Virus record (IMG/VR): IMGVR_UViG_2636415673_000003
Origin: a virus
Taxonomy: Duplodnaviria; Heunggongvirae; Uroviricota; Caudoviricetes
Direction: 5' to 3' (one strand)
DNA: 26,193 bases
This document shows positions 1 to 9,853 of this stretch, in pieces. The first letter of the stretch is position 1. Every line of letters starts with the position of its first letter. The notes beneath the pieces are model-generated. The model was not told the DNA's origin. It was given only the letters and a program-made list of their open reading frames with translations, and did no database searches. The translations under genes were made by a program, and so were the position numbers.

Positions 1-875
<875 letters not shown>

Positions 876-877
876 AA

Positions 878-2188
878 TTAAATCCGAAGTGATGTGACTC
901 TTCCGGTCGGTTTGACAATAGGGAATTGCTTAACGATGAAATAACCTCCGGCATCATTCGGGTGATCATTGCCAGATTTTTTATCAGGCTCCCCCTTCTC
1001 ATCCCAGACCTGTTGCTCCAGAGATTCGGCATATAACGGGCAACGCTTCACATTAACTTTATAGCGACGCTCACCATTGGCATTGCAGAACATTGCATTC
1101 ATTGAGTTAACGCGATCTTTTACTGGCGGGTTCGAGCTGTTCACCACAACGTTAAAACCAGCCTGCTTAAGCTGGGCTATATCCGTCGTACTTGCGTTAC
1201 TTGATTTTCTGGAATCCCCGGAAGCATCTGGATAAATATAAATTTCCCTCACTTTCCGGTAATCATTCCCATCATACAGCCAGAAGCGTTCTTTAATGAT
1301 GCGGATCATATCCGGCGTATCGTAGGCATTGATGATTTCAGTTACCGCACATGGAAGCCCCAAACGCAGCACATGGACGATTCCCGCCATCTTTCCAACG
1401 TTAAAATCCATCCCAATATAAATCGGCTCCCCTGGCTGCTCCACTTCTTCGCAATTATTCAGTTTCCGGTCAAACTGATGGTAAACAGTACCACTTGTCA
1501 GGTTAGTAAACTGTCCTCGAAGATAGGCTTTAATCAGCTCTGGAGGGTATGATTCAAGAAGCGAAGGAATGTAATCTGCTGGCAGGTTCTTTTCATTATC
1601 GAAAGTAGATGCCTGCACCAGACCATACAGTGAGGCCAGCTCTGTTTTTTCACGCACGGCTTTAACAAACTGCTCGTAGACAAATTTGAATCCTTCCGGC
1701 GTGGTTGTAACGTCAATACCGTTGCGAAGTCCATCAATCTTATAACGCATACGTGCAATTATCTTGCGCCACGCCGTTCTGGCTTTTTCCTTCGGCAAAA
1801 TGTCCAGTTCATCCACCAACGCATTACCAATTTTGAAACCGACGATCGTTTGTGGCTTCTCCATCGATCTGCAGATAGTGGTTCCCCGATACTGGCGTCC
1901 GTAATAAAAGTGAACCTCTTTATTTCCCTCATTAATTTTTACGTTCAATCCCCAGTCAGCAGCAACTTCTTCCACTGTAGGGTAAAAAATATCGCGAATT
2001 TGGGGATACGTTGGCGCAAAATATCCCTGATTTATACCTGGATGCTCCCAAATCCCCTTGCATATGCCGCCACACCCAACCCATGTTTTGCCCGAGCCAA
2101 AACCAGCAATATAGGCTTTAAATTTATGGGGCATTGAAAGAAATCGCGCCTGAGGCACATTAAGCGTCGGAGAGATCATCTTCATCAC
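878..2188 (-). CDS. Terminase large subunit (ATPase/nuclease)
   Basis: 436 aa ORF with an N-terminal Walker A P-loop (GFGSGKT); sits between the small terminase and portal genes. Start could be an internal Met (MPHKF, near 2134). Confidence 0.85.
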   Translation of the reverse strand: MMKMISPTLNVPQARFLSMPHKFKAYIAGFGSGKTWVGCGGICKGIWEHPGINQGYFAPTYPQIRDIFYPTVEEVAADWGLNVKINEGNKEVHFYYGRQYRGTTICRSMEKPQTIVGFKIGNALVDELDILPKEKARTAWRKIIARMRYKIDGLRNGIDVTTTPEGFKFVYEQFVKAVREKTELASLYGLVQASTFDNEKNLPADYIPSLLESYPPELIKAYLRGQFTNLTSGTVYHQFDRKLNNCEEVEQPGEPIYIGMDFNVGKMAGIVHVLRLGLPCAVTEIINAYDTPDMIRIIKERFWLYDGNDYRKVREIYIYPDASGDSRKSSNASTTDIAQLKQAGFNVVVNSSNPPVKDRVNSMNAMFCNANGERRYKVNVKRCPLYAESLEQQVWDEKGEPDKKSGNDHPNDAGGYFIVKQFPIVKPTGRVTSLRI

Positions 2189-3254
2189 TCCTTACTCTGG
2201 CATCAACCACATTAATATTGATCGCCACAGGCTGGGGATGTTCATTATCTTCCACCGTTTCGATCTCTTTGCGCAGCTTCTGGTTTTCCATTCTGCGCCG
2301 TTCAATTTCCAGTTCCTGTAGCCGCTTATCTGCACATAAAGCCCCGCCAGCAGAAAGCAAACGCAACAATTCACGCCGGGCGGCAGCCTTATCCTCCAGC
2401 AGGATCTCAACGCCGAATTTTCCGAATTTTGCCCCTGCATATAATTGCCGCGCATCCCCATCAAGCAGAGTGGTATCAGCCATATAAAGCTGTCCCGTTC
2501 CCTCACCGCAGCACTTCGGGCAGTCCGGATTGGGTATGGCGTTATCAACAAAGCCGAGGCCTCCATATTCCGGTTCGGGTTTGCCATCTCTGGAAGCCTG
2601 CGCCGCTGCCTTGTCGAATTCTGCTATATCGCGCCACTGGTAGAGATGATTCTCGCCCCAGCAATAACGGCAGTTAACACGGCGAAATTGTGCAAGCTGA
2701 TTGGGGTCGGCCAGGACAATGGCCATCAACTGACTCACTAGTAAATCCAGGTCTGCGGAATAGCGTTTCTGGTACTGATTGCGGAAGTAGCTGATAGCGC
2801 GAAAAACCCTGGCATTTCTAAGCATACGACTGGCGTTGCTATTAGCTGTCGCACCTTGCCCCTCATAACCGGCTAGTCGGTACGCCTCTGTCGGCTTTTT
2901 ACCCTGAGCAACAAGCATCGCAAACTTAGCCTGCTGGTCAGAAATGCCGAATTCATCGGGACAGAACGAAAATTCCTCCGCGTCGCCCTCATTCAGGCCC
3001 GCATCGAATACTGGCTTTTTTTCCTGAGATTTTTCGTTCCGCTTTTGTGCAGTCTGCGCAGATTTTTTCTGCGCACTTTTTTGCGCAGTTTTGCACATTT
3101 CTGTCTGCGCATTTTTCGGAGTTTTTTTGATGTAACGACGGGCTGTTGCGTAATTCAGTCCCCTTGCTTCACACCATGCCACCGGAGATATACCGGAGCG
3201 GGTGTATTCAGCAATATACTCCTGCTGCAACGCCCCCCAGTCCGGTCTGCTCAT
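2160..3254 (-). CDS. Terminase small subunit
   Basis: 364 aa ORF with an N-terminal HTH-like region and a FAMLVAQGKKPTEAYRLAGY motif typical of phage small terminases; its 3' end overlaps the TerL start. Confidence 0.75.
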   Translation of the reverse strand: MSRPDWGALQQEYIAEYTRSGISPVAWCEARGLNYATARRYIKKTPKNAQTEMCKTAQKSAQKKSAQTAQKRNEKSQEKKPVFDAGLNEGDAEEFSFCPDEFGISDQQAKFAMLVAQGKKPTEAYRLAGYEGQGATANSNASRMLRNARVFRAISYFRNQYQKRYSADLDLLVSQLMAIVLADPNQLAQFRRVNCRYCWGENHLYQWRDIAEFDKAAAQASRDGKPEPEYGGLGFVDNAIPNPDCPKCCGEGTGQLYMADTTLLDGDARQLYAGAKFGKFGVEILLEDKAAARRELLRLLSAGGALCADKRLQELEIERRRMENQKLRKEIETVEDNEHPQPVAININVVDARVRSDEDDLSDA

Positions 3255-3257
3255 CAG

Positions 3258-3509
3258 TTAGTCCTGATTTTTATCCACCCTGAGTAGTTCGCGCAGAGCA
3301 AAGGCATCCCCTTTTCTGGCAAGCTTAAACAATGCCGCTCGTAACTCGGCTTCACCTTTCGCTCTGCCCTTACGGATGGCCGCATAAAAATCTGTCATTG
3401 CTTCCCGATTTTCTTTCAGTCGGTTCAGATCAACATCCAGAACGTCAGCGATTTGTTGTGCAGTCATCCGGCACGCTGCCAGAGACTCGACTTTCGAATA
3501 CGGAATCAT
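3258..3509 (-). CDS. Small basic hypothetical protein (about 69-83 aa) upstream of the terminase; start probably internal
   Basis: ORF directly upstream of TerS; helical, Lys/Arg-rich. Its 5' end overlaps the preceding gene by 65 nt if the first ATG is used. Confidence 0.4.
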   Translation of the reverse strand: MIPYSKVESLAACRMTAQQIADVLDVDLNRLKENREAMTDFYAAIRKGRAKGEAELRAALFKLARKGDAFALRELLRVDKNQD

Positions 3510-4398
3510 TTGTCACCCCCATTGATATGCAGGGTGTCTTCTTCCTGTATTTTTCGTGAAGGATTTTTACTGCAGCGTTGTTCCAGGTGACCTGATGGTG
3601 AATGCGTTTATGGCTGGCACCCATCAGTGAGATTTTTACGCACGACGGCGCATACATGACGGAGTAAAAACTTTTAACGTAGGTTCCGGAATCCAGATAC
3701 AGCTCGGTCATTCCGCCGCTGTTTTTCTGCGTCTGTTTCTGCCCTAACTGGACAGCACCGATCGTCATAAACAATTCACCACAGCGACCGAGATTCGTGT
3801 ACGTATTCACATCCTCGTTAATGCGCCCCATGAATGAGAACGGTCGATCAACCGAACAGATAAAGCTGTTCATTGCCTTGCGTTTCACCCACGAAGCATG
3901 GCCGCCATTGTCACCAAGAAAATCCCCGCCCTGCGACATAGCGATGGAAAGAGCAGGTATTGATTCGTAGTACGCCAGCATTTCAGAAAGGATCGCATCC
4001 AGTTTCCTTATCGGAAAATAGGCCTGGTCATAGTTGCGATCCACCCGAAACTGGAACTCGTGATAATCATCATCGAGCTGAATGAAGTATTTACACCCGA
4101 CCAGTTTTGCCAGGTCGAAACAGGCATTACGGGCGTAAAAAATTGAGCGGCGGTCACAGAAATTATCGGCTTCGTCAAAACGACTGGCGATATCGGCTTT
4201 GGAAAACACCAGCACCTGTTCACCAAATTCAGCCATGTACTGATGCCGTGTCTTATCTTCATCATCAACAACGATAAAAATTTTCCCGGTATAGCCAGCA
4301 CGACGCAACGTCCGGTAAGTCAGAACTTTGTCCGGTCGCCCGTGAGTCAGAATAAAGGCGCAAAAATCATCACGCATATTCCTCCTCCTCACCACCAT
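3445..4398 (-). CDS. Hypothetical protein, possibly a GT-A-fold nucleotide-sugar transferase
   Basis: 317 aa ORF. N-terminal CAFILTHGRP...IFIVVDDEDK followed about 65 residues later by QLDDDY resembles the GT-A beta-strand/DxD arrangement. Lacks methyltransferase (FxGxG, D/NPPY) and PAPS-reductase (SGGxDS) motifs. Likely start at MRDDF (4377), coupled to the upstream ParB-like gene. Confidence 0.5.
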   Translation of the reverse strand: MVVRRRNMRDDFCAFILTHGRPDKVLTYRTLRRAGYTGKIFIVVDDEDKTRHQYMAEFGEQVLVFSKADIASRFDEADNFCDRRSIFYARNACFDLAKLVGCKYFIQLDDDYHEFQFRVDRNYDQAYFPIRKLDAILSEMLAYYESIPALSIAMSQGGDFLGDNGGHASWVKRKAMNSFICSVDRPFSFMGRINEDVNTYTNLGRCGELFMTIGAVQLGQKQTQKNSGGMTELYLDSGTYVKSFYSVMYAPSCVKISLMGASHKRIHHQVTWNNAAVKILHEKYRKKTPCISMGVTNDSVFESRVSGSVPDDCTTNR

Positions 4399-5161
4399 GC
4401 ATGATCTCCACCATGCGCTGCGTCATCCGGACAAATCCATTTTCAATAGCCTGCTGATAATCAATGATCACCAGCGCCGACTCCTCGAAAAAACACTGAA
4501 TTTCAGAGGGGGCGTGAGCGTAATAGTCCGCAATTCTGCTGAAATTAAACACCGTGTGACGTTCTGCCGCACACAGGAGGAATTTCTCAATATCAGGCTC
4601 AAGGGACGCCGAACGTATCCGGCTGATCAGCTCCTGAGTTTTCGTATCGTCGTACAGTTCACTGATATCCGGTTTACCGCCCGACGGCTCATAAACAGGC
4701 GTATCAATTTTCGTCGTATACGGCTCCTCCTCATTTCCTGTACCGGGCAAAACATCCGTCAACAGTTCATCAATTTCTGTCGGGATGAAGCCTGTCAGGG
4801 AGACATCAAAATCAGCATTGATTAGGTCCGACAGCTCCATCCGCAACAGATCTTCATCCCAGCCAGCATTCATCGGCAGGCGATTATCTGCCAGGCGGTA
4901 CGCCTTTTTCTGCTCATCCGTCAGGCCAGACAGAACAATGACCGGAACAGAATCCATTTTGAGCATTTCAGCCGCCATAACACGACCGTGACCCGCAATA
5001 ATTTCGCCCTTTTCGTCAATCAGCACCGGATTAGTCCAGCCGAATTGCTTAATACTTTCTACCAGTTGTGCCACCTGCTCAGTACTGTGCGTCCTGGCGT
5101 TGTGCGCATACGGTGACAATTCTTGTAATGGGCGATAGACTATCTTTAATTTCTCGCTCAT
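4370..5161 (-). CDS. ParB-like nuclease domain (ParB/Srx fold) protein
   Basis: 263 aa ORF with a ParB N-terminal-domain-like box (VLIDEKGEIIAGHGRVMAA) and an acidic C-terminus; 3' end overlaps the next gene. Confidence 0.7.
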   Translation of the reverse strand: MSEKLKIVYRPLQELSPYAHNARTHSTEQVAQLVESIKQFGWTNPVLIDEKGEIIAGHGRVMAAEMLKMDSVPVIVLSGLTDEQKKAYRLADNRLPMNAGWDEDLLRMELSDLINADFDVSLTGFIPTEIDELLTDVLPGTGNEEEPYTTKIDTPVYEPSGGKPDISELYDDTKTQELISRIRSASLEPDIEKFLLCAAERHTVFNFSRIADYYAHAPSEIQCFFEESALVIIDYQQAIENGFVRMTQRMVEIMHGGEEEEYA

Positions 5162-5175
5162 ACAGCCTTGCTTTA

Positions 5176-5212
5176 TGAATAAAACGCACCCCAGCAGCCA
5201 GTGCTACTGGGG
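5176..5212 (-). terminator. Putative Rho-independent terminator downstream of trkG
   Basis: On the minus strand, an imperfect 9-bp stem (CCCCAGTAG...CTGCTGGGG) followed by TGCGTTTTATT. Confidence 0.4.
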
Positions 5213-5298
5213 ACGGAGGTGTTGCTGGTAAAGTTAGGTATTGGATCAATGAGTGAGTCAACATAATATTAAACTCACAATTATAAATCAGCCATATA

Positions 5299-6774
5299 TT
5301 AGGAGCGCCAAAAAAAACCTGAAAACAATATAATAACAGGATAAATTTCAAGGCGACCAAGAATCATAGCTATGCACATTAAACATTTTGCAATGTCATT
5401 AAGCACTCCGAATGACGATGCAGTAGCCCCAAAACCTAATCCCATATTATTAATACATGCAGCCACTGTTGCAAATGATGTAAGAAAATCATATCCCATA
5501 CCATTTAACACCAGTATAAAAAACACCGTGAAGAGAGTATAAAGAAAAAAGAAACTCCATACAGACCTCATTACACGATCTGTAACTATCTTCCCTCCTA
5601 CATTTACACTCAACAACGCTCTGGGATGAGAAAGCTGATTTATCTCGTGTTTGCTTTGTTTGAAAAGTATAAGAAATCGAAGTGACTTAATTCCACCACA
5701 AGTTGAACCTATACATCCCCCAAAGAAACTTGACAACAGCAAAAACACTATCGTGTGCGTGGGCCAACTTGCATAATCCTGCGTAGCTAAACCATTATCA
5801 GTGAGCATGGAGCTGGCAAGAAAAAACGAATGAATAAAACTTCCATGCAAGTCATACATACCTATATGCCAGACCTGGAAAGAGGTAACAATGATCACCC
5901 CTAAGGCTATTAACAGAAAGAAACGAAGTTCAATATCTCTGATTAAAGGTTTTATCGTTTTCCTGCTAATAACAATATACCAAAGAGTGAAGTTGAAAGC
6001 CGATAGCAGGGAAAAAGAACCAGCCACCAGCTCAACCAAATAGTTATTAAAATATCCGATACTCTCGCTATGAGTTGAGAAACCACCAAGCGAAACTGTG
6101 GAAATCCCGTGACAAATAGCATCAAACAAAGGCATTCCTGCAAGTCTATAACAGACAATACAAGCAATACCTAATAAAGAATAAGTTATCCACAGTGTCC
6201 GTGACGTATCGGCCAGGCGGGGAGTGAGTTTGTCATCCTTAAATGGCCCCGGCATTTCTGACTGATAAAGCTTTGCACCACCAATACCCAATAATGGCAA
6301 TACAGCAACCGCCAGAACAATAACTCCTAAACCACCTATAAAATTTAACTGTGACCGATAGTACAAATATGCCCGAGGTAATGAACTAACATCATCAATT
6401 ACAGTTGCTCCTGTTGTTGTTATTCCAGAAACCCCTTCAAACAGAGCATCAATGAACGTTAAATTAAGTTCTGAGTCAATCCATAAAGGGAATGCACTAA
6501 TAACAGAAAACAAAATCCAAAACATTACAATTATAATAAACCCATCACGGGTACGTAATTGAATGCCAGATTTCTTAGTTGTATACCACGCTCCGCCACC
6601 AATGCAAAAAAATATAACGAAAGTTATAAAGAAAACGAACAGGCTTTTTTCTTTATAAAACAATGCTACAACCATTGGTGGCAACATTGAAAGACTATAG
6701 AGCCAAACCAGGAACCCACACATATGAGTAACAACTCTTACATGAGATGTATTCATATCTAAATATTCTTTCAA
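5299..6774 (-). CDS. trkG: TrkG, Trk-system K+ uptake membrane protein (prophage cargo gene)
   Basis: 491 aa polytopic membrane protein of the TrkH/TrkG family; AT-rich; positioned just past Rz/Rz1, as I recall for trkG in K-12 Rac. Confidence 0.9.
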   Translation of the reverse strand: MKEYLDMNTSHVRVVTHMCGFLVWLYSLSMLPPMVVALFYKEKSLFVFFITFVIFFCIGGGAWYTTKKSGIQLRTRDGFIIIVMFWILFSVISAFPLWIDSELNLTFIDALFEGVSGITTTGATVIDDVSSLPRAYLYYRSQLNFIGGLGVIVLAVAVLPLLGIGGAKLYQSEMPGPFKDDKLTPRLADTSRTLWITYSLLGIACIVCYRLAGMPLFDAICHGISTVSLGGFSTHSESIGYFNNYLVELVAGSFSLLSAFNFTLWYIVISRKTIKPLIRDIELRFFLLIALGVIIVTSFQVWHIGMYDLHGSFIHSFFLASSMLTDNGLATQDYASWPTHTIVFLLLSSFFGGCIGSTCGGIKSLRFLILFKQSKHEINQLSHPRALLSVNVGGKIVTDRVMRSVWSFFFLYTLFTVFFILVLNGMGYDFLTSFATVAACINNMGLGFGATASSFGVLNDIAKCLMCIAMILGRLEIYPVIILFSGFFWRS

Positions 6775-6893
6775 TTATAACCACCTTGCTGCAATATTAT
6801 GATTATACTGTATAAAATTTAACTCCTCTTAGATCTTACTTCACTGTTCCTTATGAAACAATCATCAAAATGAATCATATTGTAGTTAAGATT

Positions 6894-7358
6894 TTACTTT
6901 AAACACTGCTCGGTTATGTATTGCTGAGCACCTTCAAGTTGGGCCTGCATCATTACCAGTCGTTCCCGGAGGGTGAAATAATCCCGTTCAGCGGTGTCTG
7001 CCAGTCGGGGGGAGGCTGCATTATCCACGCCGGAGGCGGTGGTGGCTTCACGCACTGACTGACAGACTGCTTTGATGTGCAACCGACGACGACCAGCGGC
7101 AACATCATCACGCAGAGCATCATTTTCAGCTTTCGCATCAGCTAACTCCTTCGTGTATTTTGCATCGAGCGCAGCAACATCACGCTGACGCATCTGCATG
7201 TCAGTAATTGCCGCGTTCGCCAGCTTCAGTTCTCTGGCATTTTTGTCGCGCTGTTCTTTGTAGGCGATGGCGTTATCACGGTAATGATTAACACCCCATG
7301 ACAGGCAGACGACGATGCAGATAACCAGAGCGGAGATAATCGCGGTTACTCTGCTCAT
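6894..7358 (-). CDS. rzpR: Rz-type i-spanin (inner-membrane spanin subunit)
   Basis: 154 aa ORF with an N-terminal TM segment and coiled-coil, Arg/Ala/Asp-rich body; directly follows the endolysin and contains the embedded Rz1 frame. Confidence 0.85.
   Translation of the reverse strand: MSRVTAIISALVICIVVCLSWGVNHYRDNAIAYKEQRDKNARELKLANAAITDMQMRQRDVAALDAKYTKELADAKAENDALRDDVAAGRRRLHIKAVCQSVREATTASGVDNAASPRLADTAERDYFTLRERLVMMQAQLEGAQQYITEQCLK
6953..7138 (-). CDS. rzoR: Rz1-type o-spanin lipoprotein, embedded in the +1 frame of Rz
   Basis: 61 aa ORF with a lipobox (LVVVGC) and a proline-rich stretch (PPPPPAW...PPPDW), nested entirely inside Rz. Confidence 0.8.
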   Translation of the reverse strand: MRKLKMMLCVMMLPLVVVGCTSKQSVSQCVKPPPPPAWIMQPPPDWQTPLNGIISPSGNDW

Positions 7359-7831
7359 ACCTCAATCTCTCTGACCGTTCCGCCAGCTTCTTTGAATTTT
7401 GCAATCAGACTGTCAGCCTTATGCTCGAACTGACCATAACCAGCGCCCGGCAGTGAAGCCCATATATTGCTGCAACGGTCGATAGCCTGACGGATATCAC
7501 CGCGATCAATCATCGGCAAAGCGCCACGCTCTTTAATCTGCTGCAGCGCTACAGCATCCTGACTTTCTGGAGAAAAATCTTTCAGGCCAAGTTGCTTGCG
7601 GTAGGCATCCCACCAGCGTGAAAGAAGCTGGTAACGTCCAGCGGCTGTTGATTTGAGTTTCGGATTTAGCGTGACAAGTTTGCGGGGGTGATCGGAGTAA
7701 TCAGTGAACAGTTCGCCACCGACAATAACATCATAACCGTGATTTCTGGTTTTCTGCCGTCCGTTATCTGTTCCTTCTGACCATGCCACCATATCAAGGA
7801 AAGCTTTACGCTGGGAATTAAGTGTCTGCAT
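7355..7831 (-). CDS. Endolysin, lambda R-like lytic transglycosylase
   Basis: 158 aa ORF nearly collinear with lambda R as I recall it ([57 protein letters not shown]...). Confidence 0.9.
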   Translation of the reverse strand: MQTLNSQRKAFLDMVAWSEGTDNGRQKTRNHGYDVIVGGELFTDYSDHPRKLVTLNPKLKSTAAGRYQLLSRWWDAYRKQLGLKDFSPESQDAVALQQIKERGALPMIDRGDIRQAIDRCSNIWASLPGAGYGQFEHKADSLIAKFKEAGGTVREIEV

Positions 7832-7834
7832 TAA

Positions 7835-8176
7835 TTACTCCTTATGGGCACCGAACTTGTTACCGATGACCCTCATTGCCGCACCACGAATAGCATCAAC
7901 ACCAATCAGCCCCACCCCACCACCAATGGCAACAGAAAGTGATTTAGGCCATCCGACATACTCAAGCGCGGATGCAAAGGTCAGCGTCAGAGCACCACAA
8001 AGCAGAATCTCAAGCGTTTTTCGTTTCCAGCCGCCGCCACCGCCAAAATAGGCAATGCGCAAACCAGCCATAATAATTGACATAACCACTGCACCCAGCG
8101 GCGTATCTCCACGCCACCAACTTTGTAAGAGTTCCAGTAAGTCAGGCCAGGAATGAGGGGCATTGTGCATTTTCAT
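7835..8176 (-). CDS. Holin with dual-start motif (Met-Lys-Met: antiholin/holin)
   Basis: ORF directly upstream of the endolysin with predicted TM segments and a charged C-terminus. GGAGG sits 8 nt upstream of ATG-AAA-ATG, the lambda S-type dual start. Confidence 0.75.
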   Translation of the reverse strand: MKMHNAPHSWPDLLELLQSWWRGDTPLGAVVMSIIMAGLRIAYFGGGGGWKRKTLEILLCGALTLTFASALEYVGWPKSLSVAIGGGVGLIGVDAIRGAAMRVIGNKFGAHKE

Positions 8177-8269
8177 AAGCCTCACCTCCGAGAGTTCGGA
8201 TGGTGCTAAGTGTAAGATTCAGGCTCTCAGGCTTGCTAACAAGAAGTCGAGGATGTTTCCAGAGCCTAA

Positions 8270-8300
8270 CAACGAAAAAGCCCCGGGACATGCCGGGGCC
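8270..8300 (-). terminator. Rho-independent terminator between the cargo gene and the holin
   Basis: On the minus strand, a 7-bp GC stem (GCCCCGG/CCGGGGC, plus 8280-8299) followed by TTTTTCGTT. Confidence 0.5.
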
Positions 8301-8393
8301 AGATGGAGTGCCAGATTAAGCTTCTGGCGGTATATACTCGTGTTTGATATCGTTAAATCGCCAAAAGTAACAATTCAAACAAAGAGGATTTTT

Positions 8394-8555
8394 ATGTCTG
8401 AAAAAAACAAACCACAAGGTGAAAATAAACCTCAGCAACCCGTGGCACCAAAACCAACTCCAACACAAAGTACTACAGACTTTGCTACACGTCGTGTTTT
8501 TGTTGGAGATTCTGCCGACTCAGTCATTGAACATATAAAAAAACAGCCGAGATAA
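8394..8555 (+). CDS. Small hypothetical protein (53 aa), convergent with and overlapping the 3' end of the membrane-protein gene
   Basis: ATG at 8394 preceded by AAGAGG (8382-8387). The N-terminal half is Pro/Gln/Lys-rich and looks disordered. A strong hairpin follows the stop. Confidence 0.45.
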   Translation: MSEKNKPQGENKPQQPVAPKPTPTQSTTDFATRRVFVGDSADSVIEHIKKQPR

Positions 8556-9093
8556 ACATCGCCGCTACCGGAGCAAGGATGGTATACATCCTTGCTTTAT
8601 CGAGACTCGTGCGGATTTTCTCATTTTCCAACAGTAACTCTCTTGCTGTATCACTCAAGTCAACAAGGCGATACCTTCGTATAAGCGGCAATAACTTATC
8701 AGGTCCTAAATATCCTGCATCAGCGAATATTTTAAAGCTCGAGGGCTCCATATCCTTATATTTTTCATGATATATATGATCAGGAGGGGCATTGATCAGG
8801 CCCCTAACCTTCACAGATAAACCAGTACATACCAAGTAAATGGCGCACCATGTCCATAGTAATGTAAATGTGGTAATTCCGGCGGTGAGAAAATCGAAAT
8901 TAGTTTTCTGTGTCAGCAATAAAAAAGATGAACCAATTCCAACAATCTGAATGTTCAGAAGTTTGTATCCATTCTCAACATTGGTTTTGTTAGAAAGATG
9001 AATCTCTCGTATCGTCTCTTCCCCTTGTTTTTCAAGATAATCGACGAGCTCATCATCTACTCCTAAAAAATAATCTTTAGGTAGTTCTCTCAT
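8524..9093 (-). CDS. Cargo membrane protein (189 aa, ~3 TM segments) between Q/tR' and the lysis cassette; function unknown
   Basis: AT-rich ORF with GGAGG 4 nt upstream of the ATG. Soluble N-terminal ~45 aa, two central hydrophobic segments, and a C-terminal hydrophobic tail. Occupies the position stx or nmpC take in other lambdoid phages. Confidence 0.65.
   Translation of the reverse strand: MRELPKDYFLGVDDELVDYLEKQGEETIREIHLSNKTNVENGYKLLNIQIVGIGSSFLLLTQKTNFDFLTAGITTFTLLWTWCAIYLVCTGLSVKVRGLINAPPDHIYHEKYKDMEPSSFKIFADAGYLGPDKLLPLIRRYRLVDLSDTARELLLENEKIRTSLDKARMYTILAPVAAMFISAVFLYVQ
8572..8600 (+). terminator. Putative terminator of the small '+' gene
   Basis: Perfect 10-bp stem (AGCAAGGATG/CATCCTTGCT) with a 5-nt loop, then TTTATC; lies inside the 3' coding region of the minus-strand gene. 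Confidence 0.4.
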
Positions 9094-9199
9094 CTCACCT
9101 CCACATCCTGTACTGAAAACAATTTTACCAGAATGTCTCGATTCTAGGTATTCCGCCAGGAATCGCGCTCCAGAAATGAAACATCAGGTTCACCAGTAC

Positions 9200-9230
9200 C
9201 AGAAACAACAAAACCCGCTCAATGGCGGGT
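9200..9230 (-). terminator. tR'-like Rho-independent terminator downstream of Q (Q-antitermination target region)
   Basis: On the minus strand, CCCGC-CATTGA-GCGGG followed by TTTTGTTGTTT, about 90-110 nt downstream of the Q stop, as for lambda pR'-tR'. Confidence 0.6.
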
Positions 9231-9314
9231 TCTGGTAAAGTTCATGCGCTTGGTTCGCCTCGCGATACAGCTTTGCGAAGCATACCGGAATTGAAGCAGT
9301 TTATGCGTAAAAAA
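9231..9314 (-). promoter_or_regulatory. Probable late promoter (pR'-like) and qut region
   Basis: Position between the Q stop and the tR'-like terminator. The -35/-10 hexamers could not be assigned confidently by eye. Confidence 0.35.
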
Positions 9315-9770
9315 TCAAGCTATTTTTTGAGCAAATGATTCTCGCATGGGAATATATAGGGCATACTCAGCAACAGCCAACCAATTAGCAATTCGCTTTT
9401 CGCATGTGCTAAAACACCACTCAGGATGTGCATCATTTAGCAATTCAGCCATTTTGCGCTTAGTCATCCCCCGTCCTTCATACCGTTGCCGGAGGACACT
9501 AATCAATCCAGGATGCTCTGCCAGCACCTCACTTATGACTCGATCAATACATAACGCCTCTGCATCAGTACAATGCGCCAGCCAGCTCTTTTGCTTGCCG
9601 TTGATCATCTCTCGCAAAAACGCTTCCAGCTCAGCTTTCTCTATTCCCGCTTTTTTCATTCTGCGCAGGGCTTCATTGATGGCTGTTTTCGTCAATTTTT
9701 TGGATGCCAACAACTGATTGAACATATTTCCTGACCTGCCACCGCCAATATACGACCAGCGCCCCCACAT
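9315..9770 (-). CDS. Late-gene antiterminator Q (Phage_antitermQ-type)
   Basis: C-terminal ~150 aa carry an LRMWGRW motif near the N-terminus, like the L.RWG.W motif I recall in E. coli prophage Q proteins (e.g. QuuD). The ORF extends upstream to 9977 but would overlap the preceding gene; the internal ATG at 9770 is preferred. Confidence 0.65.
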   Translation of the reverse strand: MWGRWSYIGGGRSGNMFNQLLASKKLTKTAINEALRRMKKAGIEKAELEAFLREMINGKQKSWLAHCTDAEALCIDRVISEVLAEHPGLISVLRQRYEGRGMTKRKMAELLNDAHPEWCFSTCEKRIANWLAVAEYALYIPMRESFAQKIA

Positions 9771-9853
9771 ACGCAGTTTGCCCTGAATCCAGACACTTTC
9801 CAGCGTGGCGAGACGAAGGTGTTCTCCGCTTTTTCCTGTATTCGTTGGGTAAA

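Noticed and set aside
1534-2741. Nested and antisense ORFs inside the terminase genes (e.g. 1534..1758, 1850..2137, 2192..2587, 2218..2487, 2429..2741)
   Set aside because: Overlap confidently called terminase genes in other frames; no independent signals.
3258-3509. Programmed frameshift or fusion between the GT-like gene and the 83-aa ORF
   Set aside because: The 65-nt overlap is more simply explained by an internal start for the small ORF (Met at 3467 or 3401); no slippery heptamer seen.
4008-4991. ORFs antisense to or nested in the GT-like and ParB-like genes (4008..4301, 4397..4825, 4785..4991)
   Set aside because: Overlap the better-supported minus-strand genes; low-complexity translations.
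5079-5360. 93-aa ORF spanning the ParB start and trkG end
   Set aside because: Crosses a predicted terminator and both gene boundaries; no RBS.
8163-8393. Upstream extension of the small '+' ORF to a 130-aa protein
   Set aside because: The extension overlaps the holin start region on the opposite strand and has no RBS; the internal ATG at 8394 has AAGAGG upstream.
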